Under the pieces are notes generated by a model that saw only the letters and a list, made by a program, of their open reading frames with translations, was not told where the DNA came from and ran no database searches. A DNA stretch of 64,000 nucleotides, taken from NCBI RefSeq assembly GCF_011386835.1, contig NC_088794.1, positions 22,568,001 through 22,632,000 of the forward strand. The letters are read 5' to 3'. A program made the translations under genes and the position numbers. Positions 1-10,800 of this stretch are shown in pieces. The stretch comes from Chrysemys picta bellii (Eukaryota). Position 1 is the stretch's first letter. Each line of letters begins with the position of its first letter.

Positions 1-448
1 GGGTGTTTACCTCTGTTTGCTGTAACTTTGAACCTAAGGCTAGTGGGGGGTCCTCTGAGCTCTTTAAGTTTGATTACCCTGTAAAGTTATTTTCCATCCT
101 GATTTTACAGAGATGATTTTTACCTTTTCTTTAATTAAAAGCCTCCTTTTTAAGAACCTGATTGATTTTCCTTGTTTTTAGATTCAAGGGGGTTGGATCT
201 TGATCGACCAGGAGTTGGTGGAAGGGAGGAGAGGGAATGGTTAATTTCTCCTTGTTTTAAGATCCAAGGGGTTTGGATCTGTATTCACCAGGGAATTGGT
301 GAAGAGTCTCTCATGGCTTCCAGGGAAGGGAATTAGCATCAAGCGTGGTGGCAGTGGACCAGATCTAAGCTGGTCGTTAAGCTTAGAAGTTTCATGCAGG
401 CCCCCACATTTGTACCCTAAAGTTCAAAGTGGGGAAGCAGCCTTGACA
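1..448. mobile_element. Solo LTR (Gypsy/ERV-like), cut by the window edge
   Basis: Ends in ..gcagccttgaCA and is homologous to the 3' part of 32705-33450. Confidence 0.75.
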
Positions 449-715
449 TAGGGTAACCCAGCTGTGGGTTTTTTTCCATTCTCTTATTGCGGTGTCATCC
501 GCATGCGAGTTTGACTCATCACTGGCCCCAAAGCAAAGCTGAATCTGGCCATCCTGGGAGAGGATCTCGTTACACAATGCAAAACACTGACACCAGCAAG
601 AACTCACCCCCAGAATGCTGCACCCGAACGGCCAAACCCAGTACCAGCAGCAATGCTCTCCTTTCTCCCGCACTGGTTGTAAACCCAAGGCAGAGCCAAA
701 CAAAACTGACTTATA

Positions 716-989
716 GGGCTTGTCTACACACACAATTGGTTTGTGGAAAGTTGAGGTGTGAGCGTACGCTGTACTAGCCTGCCGCGGACTAACTGCCCAC
801 GTGACCCTGCTGACGCTGACTAACAGTTCGTCAATCCACTGTGATCTACTCCTCTTTGAAACAGGATTAGCTCAAAACACACCGACGAACCGTTAATGCG
901 CATCAGCGGATGCATAGGCACTAACCGTGCGGGCTAGTGTGGGTCTCACACCAGCTTGCTGCCAACTAAATATTTGTGTGGACAAGCCC
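716..989. mobile_element. PIF/Harbinger-type MITE, 274 bp, upstream of A1
   Basis: TIRs gggcttgtctacacac/gtgtggacaagccc with a 3-bp TSD ata. Confidence 0.78.
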
Positions 990-1840
990 ATACTCCCCCC
1001 CTCACCGCCCCTCCCCCCCCCACACACACACACCATGAAGACTATAGCTGGTTTTCCCATCCCGTGAAAAATGTCAAGATTTCAAAATGTTTCCCCTACC
1101 ACACTGGGATGAAACCGAGTCCTTTTGAAGTTTTTTTGTGAAACACCCAATAGGAAGAAGATCAGAATAACCAATAGCCCAGGAGTTATGGCAGTCACCT
1201 CAGTTCTGAGTGCCCAGTGCGCTGTTCCAATGAACAGGTCATTATTTATACAAAGTTGGAACAGCTTCAACAGGAGAGATTGAGAGAGACGCATCCCAGA
1301 ACAGCCAATAGGACTGGATGGATCAGCTGAGCCAAGCCATGCATTCCAATCTCCCACATGGAGGCGAACCAACATGATCCCGCTTCCCTTTCCTTAGCAC
1401 TGTAATCCTCCTCCTTGTTGTATGGCTTTAAACAAAAATATCCTCTCCGGGTCAACATCCCAAACACAGAGCTAGAGGATGACACAAGGGACCCTGATGG
1501 GAAGCAACTTGGGGCATGTTCTACTAAGGAGATGGCATGGCCTAATGGATTGGGCACTAGCCTCAGACTCAGGAAACCTGTGTTCTGCTCCCATCTCTGA
1601 CCAGCTGTGTAACACCAGGCAAAGGAATTGCCCATCTCTGTTTTCCTAGCAGGACAATGTAGCTATGGCTAAGTCCCCCCTTTATAAAGTGCTTTGAGAT
1701 CTAGGGATACAAAACTAAAAGCTGTTCATGTACTATACACCAAGGCTTCAAATGTCATTAAAAATAGAACATCTGCTACTCTCTCTTTTTTCCCCTCACT
1801 CCCCATTTCCAAAAGCAGATATCTAAACATGTGCTAAAAC

Positions 1841-2063
1841 GAGAAGCAGCTGATAGCCAAAATGCAGGCTTCCTGTGTGAAGGCTCAGATTAGGACTGTG
1901 GTAGAAGCATCTTTCCAACAATTACAAACGATACTGTCACTCTGGAGCATGACGACACAAACAGTGACAAAGGGAGTTCACTGCCGACCCATCTTGACAG
2001 CAACAAAGAAGCCTCAATGCTGCATTCCACCTCTCCAAGATCTAAACCACTTCCCATTACAGG
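1841..2063 (+). promoter_or_regulatory. Proximal promoter/5' region with blocks conserved between A and B types
   Basis: gagaagcagctg (E-box, 1841-1852 / 10556-10567) and cag(t/c)gacaaagggagttcac (1962-1981 / 10694-10713); ETS-like cacttcc cores; no clear TATA box. Confidence 0.35.
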
Positions 2064-5000
2064 ATGGGTCGCTTCTCAGCCCGGCTGCTATTGCTGGCAC
2101 TAACAGGTAAGGAACCGAGAGATCGGCCCTCCCCTCCCGTAGACACAGAACATTCCGTTTGCTCTTGCACTCGTAGCACACTGCGCTTGTTTGCTTTTGC
2201 ACTTATCATTTTGGCAGGCTGCGAGCAGGCACGGAAATTGCGCACCCAGCTATTTGCAATGGCGAGAAATGCTTGGCTTGCTGGGGTTCCATATTTTCCC
2301 CCAGTCATTGCATATGTTATAGTGGAATGAAAAGCCATAGAGTGGATGTCAGAGAGGGTTTAACCAACCCCAATTTTTGGAAACAGACTTTTCTCATGCT
2401 AGAAGGGATTCCTGTCTCCAAACCAACCTAGGAACTGGGTGCCATGAGTCTGGAGAAAGTAACAGAGAATGTTCTGTAGGGAACAACCCTGCAAGATGAC
2501 TCAAGGATTAGATGATCAGACCAGTGCCAGTTTACCAGACAGAGCCAGCCTAGCTCCTGATCAGTTGTTCACATGCTAACCTGCAATGAAGATCGGGGGA
2601 CATAAGCTTCACAGTGGGGAAGAACATGGGAAGTTGAATAGGACGGAGGCAGTGGCAATGGATCGAGTCTCACCACAGAAGCTCCTTTACACAGAGATGG
2701 GAGCTTGGAGAACCAGTCACAGCAGCCTGAAGTTGCAGCATTGATGGGCAGGTCATTCTCACCAATATTTTCTTTCCTTGGCAGGGCCATGCCTGGCCAG
2801 AGAGGAGCTGGAATTGGTGACAGCTGTACAGGGAAGCTCTTTCAGTACAACGTGTTACTACAATAATGACAAGTATTCACTAGAGGAGAAATTCTGGTGC
2901 AAGATGCTGTCAGACCAGGAATGCCACAGCAGACTCTTCCTGAGCATCCAAGAAAAGGGAGAAAAATACCTAAATATTGCACCAAAGAGAAGGGTCGATC
3001 TAACAAACTCGGGAACAGGCTGCATTTCTGTGTCCATGACGGAGCTCCGGATAGAGGATTCAGGAACATACTTCTGTGGGGTTTTCAAACATCAAACAAT
3101 TATCCCATTGAAAAAGATTCAATTGACTGTTTCTTATGACGGTGAGCTAAAGACCTGTCATGACCTAGTTGGGACACAAATCAGCTCAAACCAGGATATT
3201 CCAAATTAGACTAATGCTCCATTCCTATTCCAAAGAAAACACAGGGTCTATAGATGTCAATTCCCCAGTATATGTTATAGAGAGAGATGGTTAAAATAAT
3301 AACCTTCAATTACATATCTAGACATAGAAACACCATGTGTATCATACACATATATGTATGTATTTAGATGTACACTTATCACATATCTATGTAAAAAGAA
3401 GAGCTGGTTAGGAACGTATTTCTCCCCCTCCCACCCCAGCCCACCTCACCCCCATCCCCAAAGAATTTTAACCAAAAAACCCCAAACAAACATTTTTAGT
3501 CTTTTTGTCAAAACAATGAAAACCAAAAGGTCTGGGTTGAAAACTCAAAAAAATTCAGTTTTCGATTGTTCAATTAAAACTTTTTTTTTTTAATGAAAAT
3601 TAACATTTCCCCCAAATGTCCTATTTAATCAAAAAGCCATTTTGCATCAAAAATTGAACCTTTTAGACAGAAAATCTTTGACCAGCTGGGATAGAAACCC
3701 CATGGGATGGAGAAACCCCACTCCCAATTTGAAGTCCTGGTTACCAGTTGGGATGCACAATAACAAGACTGGGCTTCTTCATTCACACCCTCCCTGTCCT
3801 GGTTGAGTGTTGTTTGTTGTCACTGCTGCTGAAAGGTGCTGCAATGACACCTCTGGACCCTTATCCTTACACACAGGGGAGGCCCAGCGTGGCCAGTTGC
3901 AGGGCAACTTTCCCCGTGCTACCCCAGCCAAACTACCTCAGCCCTGTCCTAGGTGGTCCCCCATTCTAGGGAGGAGAGAGGAATCCCCACTTCAGGGCTC
4001 ACTCAGTCCTCAGCTCCTCGGATGCTAAGACTGCCAGGAGCAGAGGGGCCAGTGGTGAAGGTGCATTTTCAGAGTGGTGGCAGCATTAGCAGATGCTCAG
4101 GCTGGTTCAGGGCTGCCTCGTGGTGATTGATGTGCAGTTTTCCAGTGGTAATTGTGCACAGCCAATCCTAGGAAATATTTTCCTTGGGCTGGAAGAGATT
4201 ATTTCCACGTCTTTTGCAATCTCCTTTTGGGATGGGGTTTAGTCTGATCCTTTGTCTTCCCATTTAGATGCAGGGGGGCATTTATACACCTACGGAACAT
4301 GTCTCTTTCCTTCCCTTTCTCACAATAACCAGTCACTGGTCTCTCTCTCCAGCTCCCATGAGGCTATCTGCCAAAACAGGAGACTCCATCTCGCTAAATT
4401 GTTCCTATTTTATGATGGACGACAGCAGAAGACCTAGTAATTTTACCTGGTGCAAAATGATAACCGCAACCAGATGTCAACCTGTCAGCAGCGTTAAGTT
4501 TGATCAGATTCTTAATATGCAAAAAAGGACCAGGATAAAGCTTGACCGGTGGAACAGAGTGATTATAGTGATGCTGGTGGCGCTCCAGCTACGTGACTCG
4601 GGGGAGTATCATTGTGAGACCCATCTCCAGGGAAGTACCGTGCTACTGAAGAGGATCATACTGAATGTTTTCAGTGAGTTTCTCAAAGAAAAGTGGCCTT
4701 CCCTTAAAAGTCAGCAAATTTTCATCCCCTGGTGGATGTGGTAACAGGGCAGAGCTCAGATGGGCTCCTCAGAGCAGGGAAATTGCAGGAAACCCAGAGA
4801 CAACTTCTGAATTTACCTTTTGAGACCTTTGATATTTACTAGTCTTATAAACAAACTCGGCCAGATCCTCTGCCCACGTAAATCAGAGGGGAATCATTAG
4901 TTGTTATGGACCTACACCAATTTACACCAGCAAAAGAAATGGCCCCAGAACTGATCTGAATGTTGCCCAAATCTCTGACTGAACTCATCCCTTTGTTATA

Positions 5001-7795
5001 GTTAATAACCCTGAAGAGGGTCAGATCATAAACTGAGCACTTGGATCCTTATCCAAGGGGACCTTTTCCCATATGTGGCTTATCGGTCCCTGCTCACACG
5101 TATTCTCCGACAGTAGCCATGCTTTCCCTTTTATCTGTCATAGACCCCAGACCTATCAGGTCCATCTCACCGGAGACACTCAGCAATTGGCAAGGTTGGG
5201 TGCCTGGAAACCAATGGTTGTCTAGACTATCCCTCTGGCCATTGCAGGGTTGTTCCTTCTAGTAGATTTTCCAAGGCGTGTGCCATACTAGCTGTAAATG
5301 TCTCCAGTGAAAAAGTGTAGCCCAATGGATGGTGTGGGGGCCTGGGAATCAGAAGATGTGAGTTCTAGTTCCATAGCTGCTACTCACTTTCTGGTGGTAT
5401 CGACACTAAACTTTTTTTGCTCAGATACTACGGTGAGAGGCACCACATAACAACCTGGATAGAATGCACAGGACTTCCGTGAGTGATTATTGGACTACAC
5501 TCCAATAAGCCTCACGGCTAGGACTCCTCTGGGCGGTAAAGAGCTCCTGCATCACACCCTATTGTCACATTCTCACTGTTAACCAACAAGCGATCACTCA
5601 CGATTAGTACGAGAAGACTCTAAAGCCTCGTCATAATTTCCCATCACTTCCAGATGTCAAGCAGGCCAGGGCTATGCAGGGGAGGGTCACTCACTCTTGT
5701 GTTTATTTTCAGCAAAAAGTGTGTATTATGATACAGTTAATGAGGCTACTTCGCCTCCCACTAACGAGGGGGAAACCGCCCACCCAACTGTGGCCAGCAA
5801 CAAGGAGCAGAGGTATGAACATCAAACAAACAAAAGTCTTCAGGGCTGACTTTAGAGTCCCCAGTGGGGATTTTCTGGATCTGCGGCAGATTAAAAGGGT
5901 GGGGTTGTAAAAGACACACACACACCCCATCCTCCGAGTCTCTTACAGGGTTTGATCTAACCTAGGGTTACCATACTCAAACATTTAAAAAAGAGGACAC
6001 TCCAGGGGGCCCCTCCCCCGCCCCAACTCCGCCCCTTCCCCGCCCCCGGCCCCGCCCCAACCCCACCCCTTCTCCGCCCCCATTCCAACCCTTTCCCCAA
6101 AGTCCCTGCCCCAACTCTGCCCCCTCCTCTGAGCACCCCGCATTCCCCCTCCCGCTCTGATCTTGGTTGGGGGTTGCTAAGTGCTTCCCTGCTCCCCACT
6201 TGCCCTGCAGCCTCTATGCCCTTGCCTGCCCTGCTCCTCCTCACCCTGCAGCCTCTGCACCCCTCCGCCCCCGCAGCCTCTGTGCCTCCTGCTCCCCACT
6301 CGCCCTGCAGTCTCTGCATTCCCCCTGCAGCCTCTGTGCCTCCTGCTCCCCACTTGCCCTGCAGCCTCTGCGCCCCCTGCTCCCCACTCACACTGCAGCC
6401 TCTGCACCCCCCCCACAGCCTCTGTGCCCCCTGCTCCCCACTCGCACTGCAGCCTCTGCACCCCCCCACAGCCTCTGTGCCCCCTGCTCCCCACTCGCAC
6501 TGCAGCCTCTGCACCCCCCCACAGCCTCTGTGCCCCTTGCTCCCCACTTGCCCTGCAGCCTCTGCACCCCCCCGCAGCCTCTGTGCCTCCTGCTCCCCAC
6601 TCGCCCTGCAGCCTCTGCACCCACCCGCCCCCGCAACCTCTGTGCCCCCTGCTCCCCCCTCGCCCTGCAGCCTCTGCACCCCCCCCCCGCAGCCTCTACA
6701 CACACACACACACACACACTCACACCCCTCACCCGGCAGAGGGAGAGCTGCAGGCTCCACGTTGACTCAAACACTTCCTCGCTGCTCTGTGGGGGAGGAG
6801 GGAGCGGGGGAGGGACTTTGGCTGCTAGAAGCCCTAGTGGCTGCGAGCGGCTTTCAATCAGGCCAGGCGTCCAATCAGCCACGCCGCACTCTGCAGGAGG
6901 GGAAATCCCGGACATTTCTACTTCATTAGAAATCCCCCCCGGACGGCCATTTAAGGCTGAAAAAGCCGGACATGTCCGGGGAAACCCGGACAGATGGTAA
7001 CCCTATCTAACCCCCTCAAGGCAGTGGAAAGACACCCACTGGCTGGACTAGGAGCTGGAGCAGGTCCTTAGTGAGCTGTCTGTTCTTTCCACTCCATAGG
7101 AATGATTCGTTTCCATCAGCTGCCCTTGCCTTCAGATTAAAGCTATTGTTTAAGACAACTGTCATCTTTGCAGCCTCCCATGAGTCCCAGCATGTGTGGG
7201 CAGGGAGAACGTTAGATAGAGACAGTGATTGTCTTTGGCTTTCTATGTTACCAAAATACAAGATTCCCATTAAAAGGTGGAAAACTTCCTTTCCTAGTTA
7301 AAGCTAAACTGTTCTATGTGTGGTTTCCCATAACAGCCTTCCTGAGGCCCATTTCAGTGCATTCCTCTGCATCATTATGGTACTCCTGGTTGCTAAATTC
7401 CCGACAGCCGTACTGATCTTTACCATCGCCAGCCGTCAGAGGAGCAGAGCCACGAGCGAGGGGAGCCAAAACCTGAACCAACACCAGCACCTCCCACTCA
7501 CAGGTGATCTCATGAGCGTTCACATGACAGAATTAACCCCCACTGGGAGACACTCCACCGTGCTGGGCTACAGATCTAGGGAAACAAGAGGGAAAAGAGC
7601 CCTGGGGAACTGGAATAAGGTTCCAGGGCAAACTTTGCTGCTTCCTAAGGGAGAGGATAAATGCTGAAGCTAAATGAACGTGTAATGAGCCTGCCATCCA
7701 TATGGGAGGTTGTCAGCAACTGTCTCCATTTCTCATCTCTCACCCGCTTTCTAATCTGTGTTCCTCTTCCATTTCCAGTACAAGAGAACAGGTAA
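2064..7795 (+). CDS. Gene A1: two-IgV TREM/NCR2/CD300-like receptor, activating type (TM Lys, short tail), 351 aa
   Basis: Exons: 2064-2106 (signal MGRFSARLLLLALTG), 2785-3141 (V1, C..WCKx6C..DSGTYFC), 4353-4673 (V2, LNCS..WCK..DSGEYHC), 5144-5194 and 5713-5812 (Ser/Thr/Pro stalk), 7337-7503 (TM SAFLCIIMVLLVAKFPTAVLIFTIA), 7779-7795 (tail VQENR*). All introns are GT-AG, phases 1,1,1,1,2,1, total 1056 nt with an open frame. Confidence 0.88.
5320..5465 (+). mobile_element. Degenerate tRNA-derived (MIR/CORE-like) SINE in intron 4 of A-type genes
   Basis: gcctgggaatcagaagatgtgagttctagttcc head and cagatactacggtga tail; present in A1, A2, A3 and I. Confidence 0.4.
5963..7005. mobile_element. Non-autonomous hAT-like DNA transposon carrying a GC-rich minisatellite (intron 5 of A1)
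   Basis: TIRs tagggttaccat/atggtaacccta, TSD tctaacc (5956-5962, 7006-7012). Empty site in I (gatctaaccccctc, about 59957) and in A2. Confidence 0.82.
6185..6700. repeat. Compound minisatellite, about 53-bp unit (about 34-bp and about 19-bp subunits starting cagcctctg)
   Basis: Unit such as tctgtgccccctgctccccactcgcactgcagcctctgcacccccccacagcc, with a 53-bp period at 6421/6474; followed by a (CA)n tract. Confidence 0.9.
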
Positions 7796-8184
7796 CGCTT
7801 GGACAGGATGGGAGGAGGAGGAAGAGGATGGGCAGAAAAATAAAGAACTCCAAGAGTCTGTCCGTCCAAACTCCCAACTCCCCCAGGACAAACGCACATA
7901 CATGTAGCGATGCTGCAGAGATGGGGACAGGATGAGAAAGCTCTGCTCGGTTTTCCCCAGGCCCCCATGCCAGATAACCTTTGCTTGCTATGCCAGGCTT
8001 TGCCTGCCAGGCTAATGGAAAATGCTTCCAAGCAAAAGAAACCAAAGATGCAGCATTTGACAGTGCATTCGCCTAGCACACGAGTGGGACTTTCACTGGC
8101 GTATGTTAGCAGCCACAGCGTGTCTCGGGTGCAATCTATAGAGGGTGCAATGGGCTATATGAATTACTCACCCAGGTGATCCTG

Positions 8185-8190
8185 AATAAA
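8185..8190 (+). terminator. Poly(A) signal of A1
   Basis: AATAAA followed by a GT-rich tract; conserved at 29141 (A2) and 41242 (A3), and at the homologous position in B genes (18092, 51146). Confidence 0.65.
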
Positions 8191-10800
8191 GGGCATTGTT
8201 GTGTCTCATGTGTCTTGTCTTGATTCACTGAAACTCAGTGTTGTCATGAAAAACTAGCAGTTTTACTAAATGTGTCCAGCCTGGCTGGATGTCTCCAGAA
8301 AACCAACTGAATGCTCCCCACGTGTCCAGGGAGATACCTTACCCAGAGGTGGACCAAAATGGGGCAGTAGTGCACTGGATCAGGTAATCTTGGGCCATCT
8401 CACTCGAACACTCCCAGTACATAAAACAAGTCCAGGAATCCGTTGCAGGGCTGAGTTAGCATTTAACAACACAGAGTGGGAGCAGAGAGATGGGTTAAAA
8501 CTGTGTTTTATCAGTTATATTCTGCAGCTAGTAACTTGTGACAGCCGAGGATACCTCTCTGTGTTTCCCCACAAAGCACAGAGGTGGTCAGTGCCCTAAG
8601 ATTCACACTGGGTCTGTAGGAACATAAAACGAATACTGCTACCAGGTGTCAGTGGCCCCACCCTAAGAGTTAAAGGAGAATTTTCTCTCTCACCCTATGT
8701 ATATGCTGCAATCGGATATGTGATTTGTAGTTTGTGCAAACATACCCGTGGTCACTTTAATCTGGTTAACACACTAATAATAGCAGTAAACATGTGGCAA
8801 CATGGACTACAGGGCAGGCTGAAGAAAACTGCTCAGGGACCCTGGGTATATATATGCATTGTTAGCCTGCACCGAGGTCTATACCACGGTGTCTTCACTG
8901 CTGTTTTTAGCCATGTTAGCTTGATTAAAGCTAATACATGTGTCTACCTAAGCTGCAATCACACCTACGATTGCAGCTTAGACATACCCAGAGATTGAGA
9001 CCTTTCCCAGGGCGACAGAGAGCCTGGTGCTCTGGTTGCCACCTGCTGCAAAGGGGCTTGCTGCTCTGTCATATCAGTGTGCAGCGTTATCCAAGATGGT
9101 TATCTGCACAGTCCCCTCCCCAGAGGGCCAGAGCTAAGAGCCACCAAACTCACATCACCTCAGAGAGCAGCGCACACACAGTGCCAAGGGACAGAAACAA
9201 TGTTGTCTCTGTTCGGGGGGATTAAGGCCTGTCATAAGGATCCTCACAAACAATGTACCAGCGTGGGGCAACCCCCTTGGTGATAGTCCCTGTGTCAGAG
9301 GATTGGGGCCTATCTTAGAGCGCCTTCTTTCTACCAGACCAGGCTTTCCTCTCACGGAATTAGCTCACTCTCTGAGGTAATTCTGTCTGAGCTCTCAAGA
9401 AATCCAGGGAAGCAATTTTCAGCAATTTCATTTTAAGCCTTCTTAACAAAACAAAACAAAAAACCCTCATCAACTCTTCTCTTATAGTCTGTGCTGGCCA
9501 AGGAGTCCCTTCCCCAAGCCTGACTCTCACGCCAGTAACTCCAGTAACCAACATTTCCTGGCTCTTACCACCGAGTCTCAGCAATAAAGGGCTCCACGCA
9601 GTCTCCCTTCTGTCCGTTTGGTTTCTGGCGCAATTCCTCTTCGCAGTAGCGCCAGCAGCAGTCCAACGGGCTCGCAGCCCCTGGCCCCTTAGCTTCCTGG
9701 GGGGTGTTGTAGTCCTCTCTGCCATTTCCTGCTGCCTTTTTTTTTCAATAAGGGTCAGCTAATTAAATTTCCAGCTCTCTCTCAGGTTCAGTGAGCAGGG
9801 CTAATCGGCCAGCCAGCCCCAGGCCTCTGACCCCAGAGGAATGGCATCCCTTACACCTTCACACCTTGCTTAATGCAAACACAAACAGAGGTTTGTTTGA
9901 AGATACAATTCACTGGGCTCCTTGCACATTGTTACTGACAGTCTCCCAGGTTCAGGTGCCAACCACGTTCTCCAGGGAGCTTCTGTCCCACACAGAGCCC
10001 TTGTGGGTCATTTTCCACATGCTCAGGTTCATACAGGAGCAGGACACGCTGACTCTCACCTCTTTCCCACTGGGTGAAGATAAGAGGTGCAGCATAGGCT
10101 CTCTCAAAGGTGTGGTAGGCAACCATAGGCAGTGCAATCAGTACAGGGGTCACAAGGAAGCCAACCAAACTATCCTCTATCAGCAGAGCTGTCTGGAAAA
10201 CTTCTGTTTCATGAAACATTTTGAAGGGAGATCATGGCACTGCAAGAGGGTAGCGGGAAAGCCCTGGTCTCCCTACACGCCAGCTGTCCCAGGCTGATGG
10301 AGAAGTTCCTTCTTCACTGTGAAATTTAGAGCAGCCTCCAGACCATTTGAAACACCTTGATGCCCCCCGACCCTGGCTAGTGGAGATGGGTGCAGGAGAG
10401 GATCTGGCCCACATTGTGTAATACAGAAACTAAGAGTTAACAAAATAACATACACTGATATTAAAAATGTTATTTGAAGCTATAATATGCACCATCTTCT
10501 TGCCCAGCTCCCTATGTTCAAGTGTCAATAGCTAAGTTGTTGTGCTTTTTTAAATGAGAAGCAGCTGGTAGTTCAAATACACAGAAACACAGGCACCCGC
10601 CCCAAAGACTAAATTGAGGGACGTTGCTCCAGTTAGAGAATTTTCCCAACAATTCCAAACCGACACTGTCACTCCAGAGCAACACGTGACAGACAGCGAC
10701 AAAGGGAGTTCACTTCCTACCCGTGAGGGGAAATTCATCTTCACAGCACCGAAGACGCCTGGAGGCTGCATTCCACTTCTCCAAGACCTAAGCCTACAGG

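Noticed and set aside
1082-1375. Minus-strand ORF with a TM-like stretch (TAITPGLLVILIFFLLG), present in four copies
   Set aside because: Conservation only reflects recent duplication; the donor is weak and I found no partner exons. A relic exon cannot be fully excluded.
2611-3160. Possibility that the V exons are rearranging Ig/TCR V segments (cacagtg near 2611)
   Set aside because: Each V exon ends in a normal GTGAG donor and encodes its own G strand. The heptamer lies upstream in intron 1 with no nonamer at 12 or 23 nt.
6185-6700. CRISPR-like or tRNA/rRNA features
   Set aside because: The repeats are contiguous without unique spacers and the DNA is eukaryotic; I recognised no structural RNA gene anywhere in the window.
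5957-7000. Long overlapping ORFs (up to 294 aa) in several frames here and at 38956-40057
   Set aside because: They are translations of a stop-poor GC-rich minisatellite inside a TIR element in an intron; low-complexity and open in many frames on both strands.
8690-8990. Further decayed Harbinger-like ends (..tagacataccc) in A-type 3' flanks
   Set aside because: Only one end is recognisable, and boundaries and TSD cannot be defined by eye.
9791-10297. 168-aa plus-strand ORF and overlapping 95-aa minus-strand ORF upstream of B genes
   Set aside because: No recognisable domain; identity between the two copies is uninformative; no consistent exon chain.
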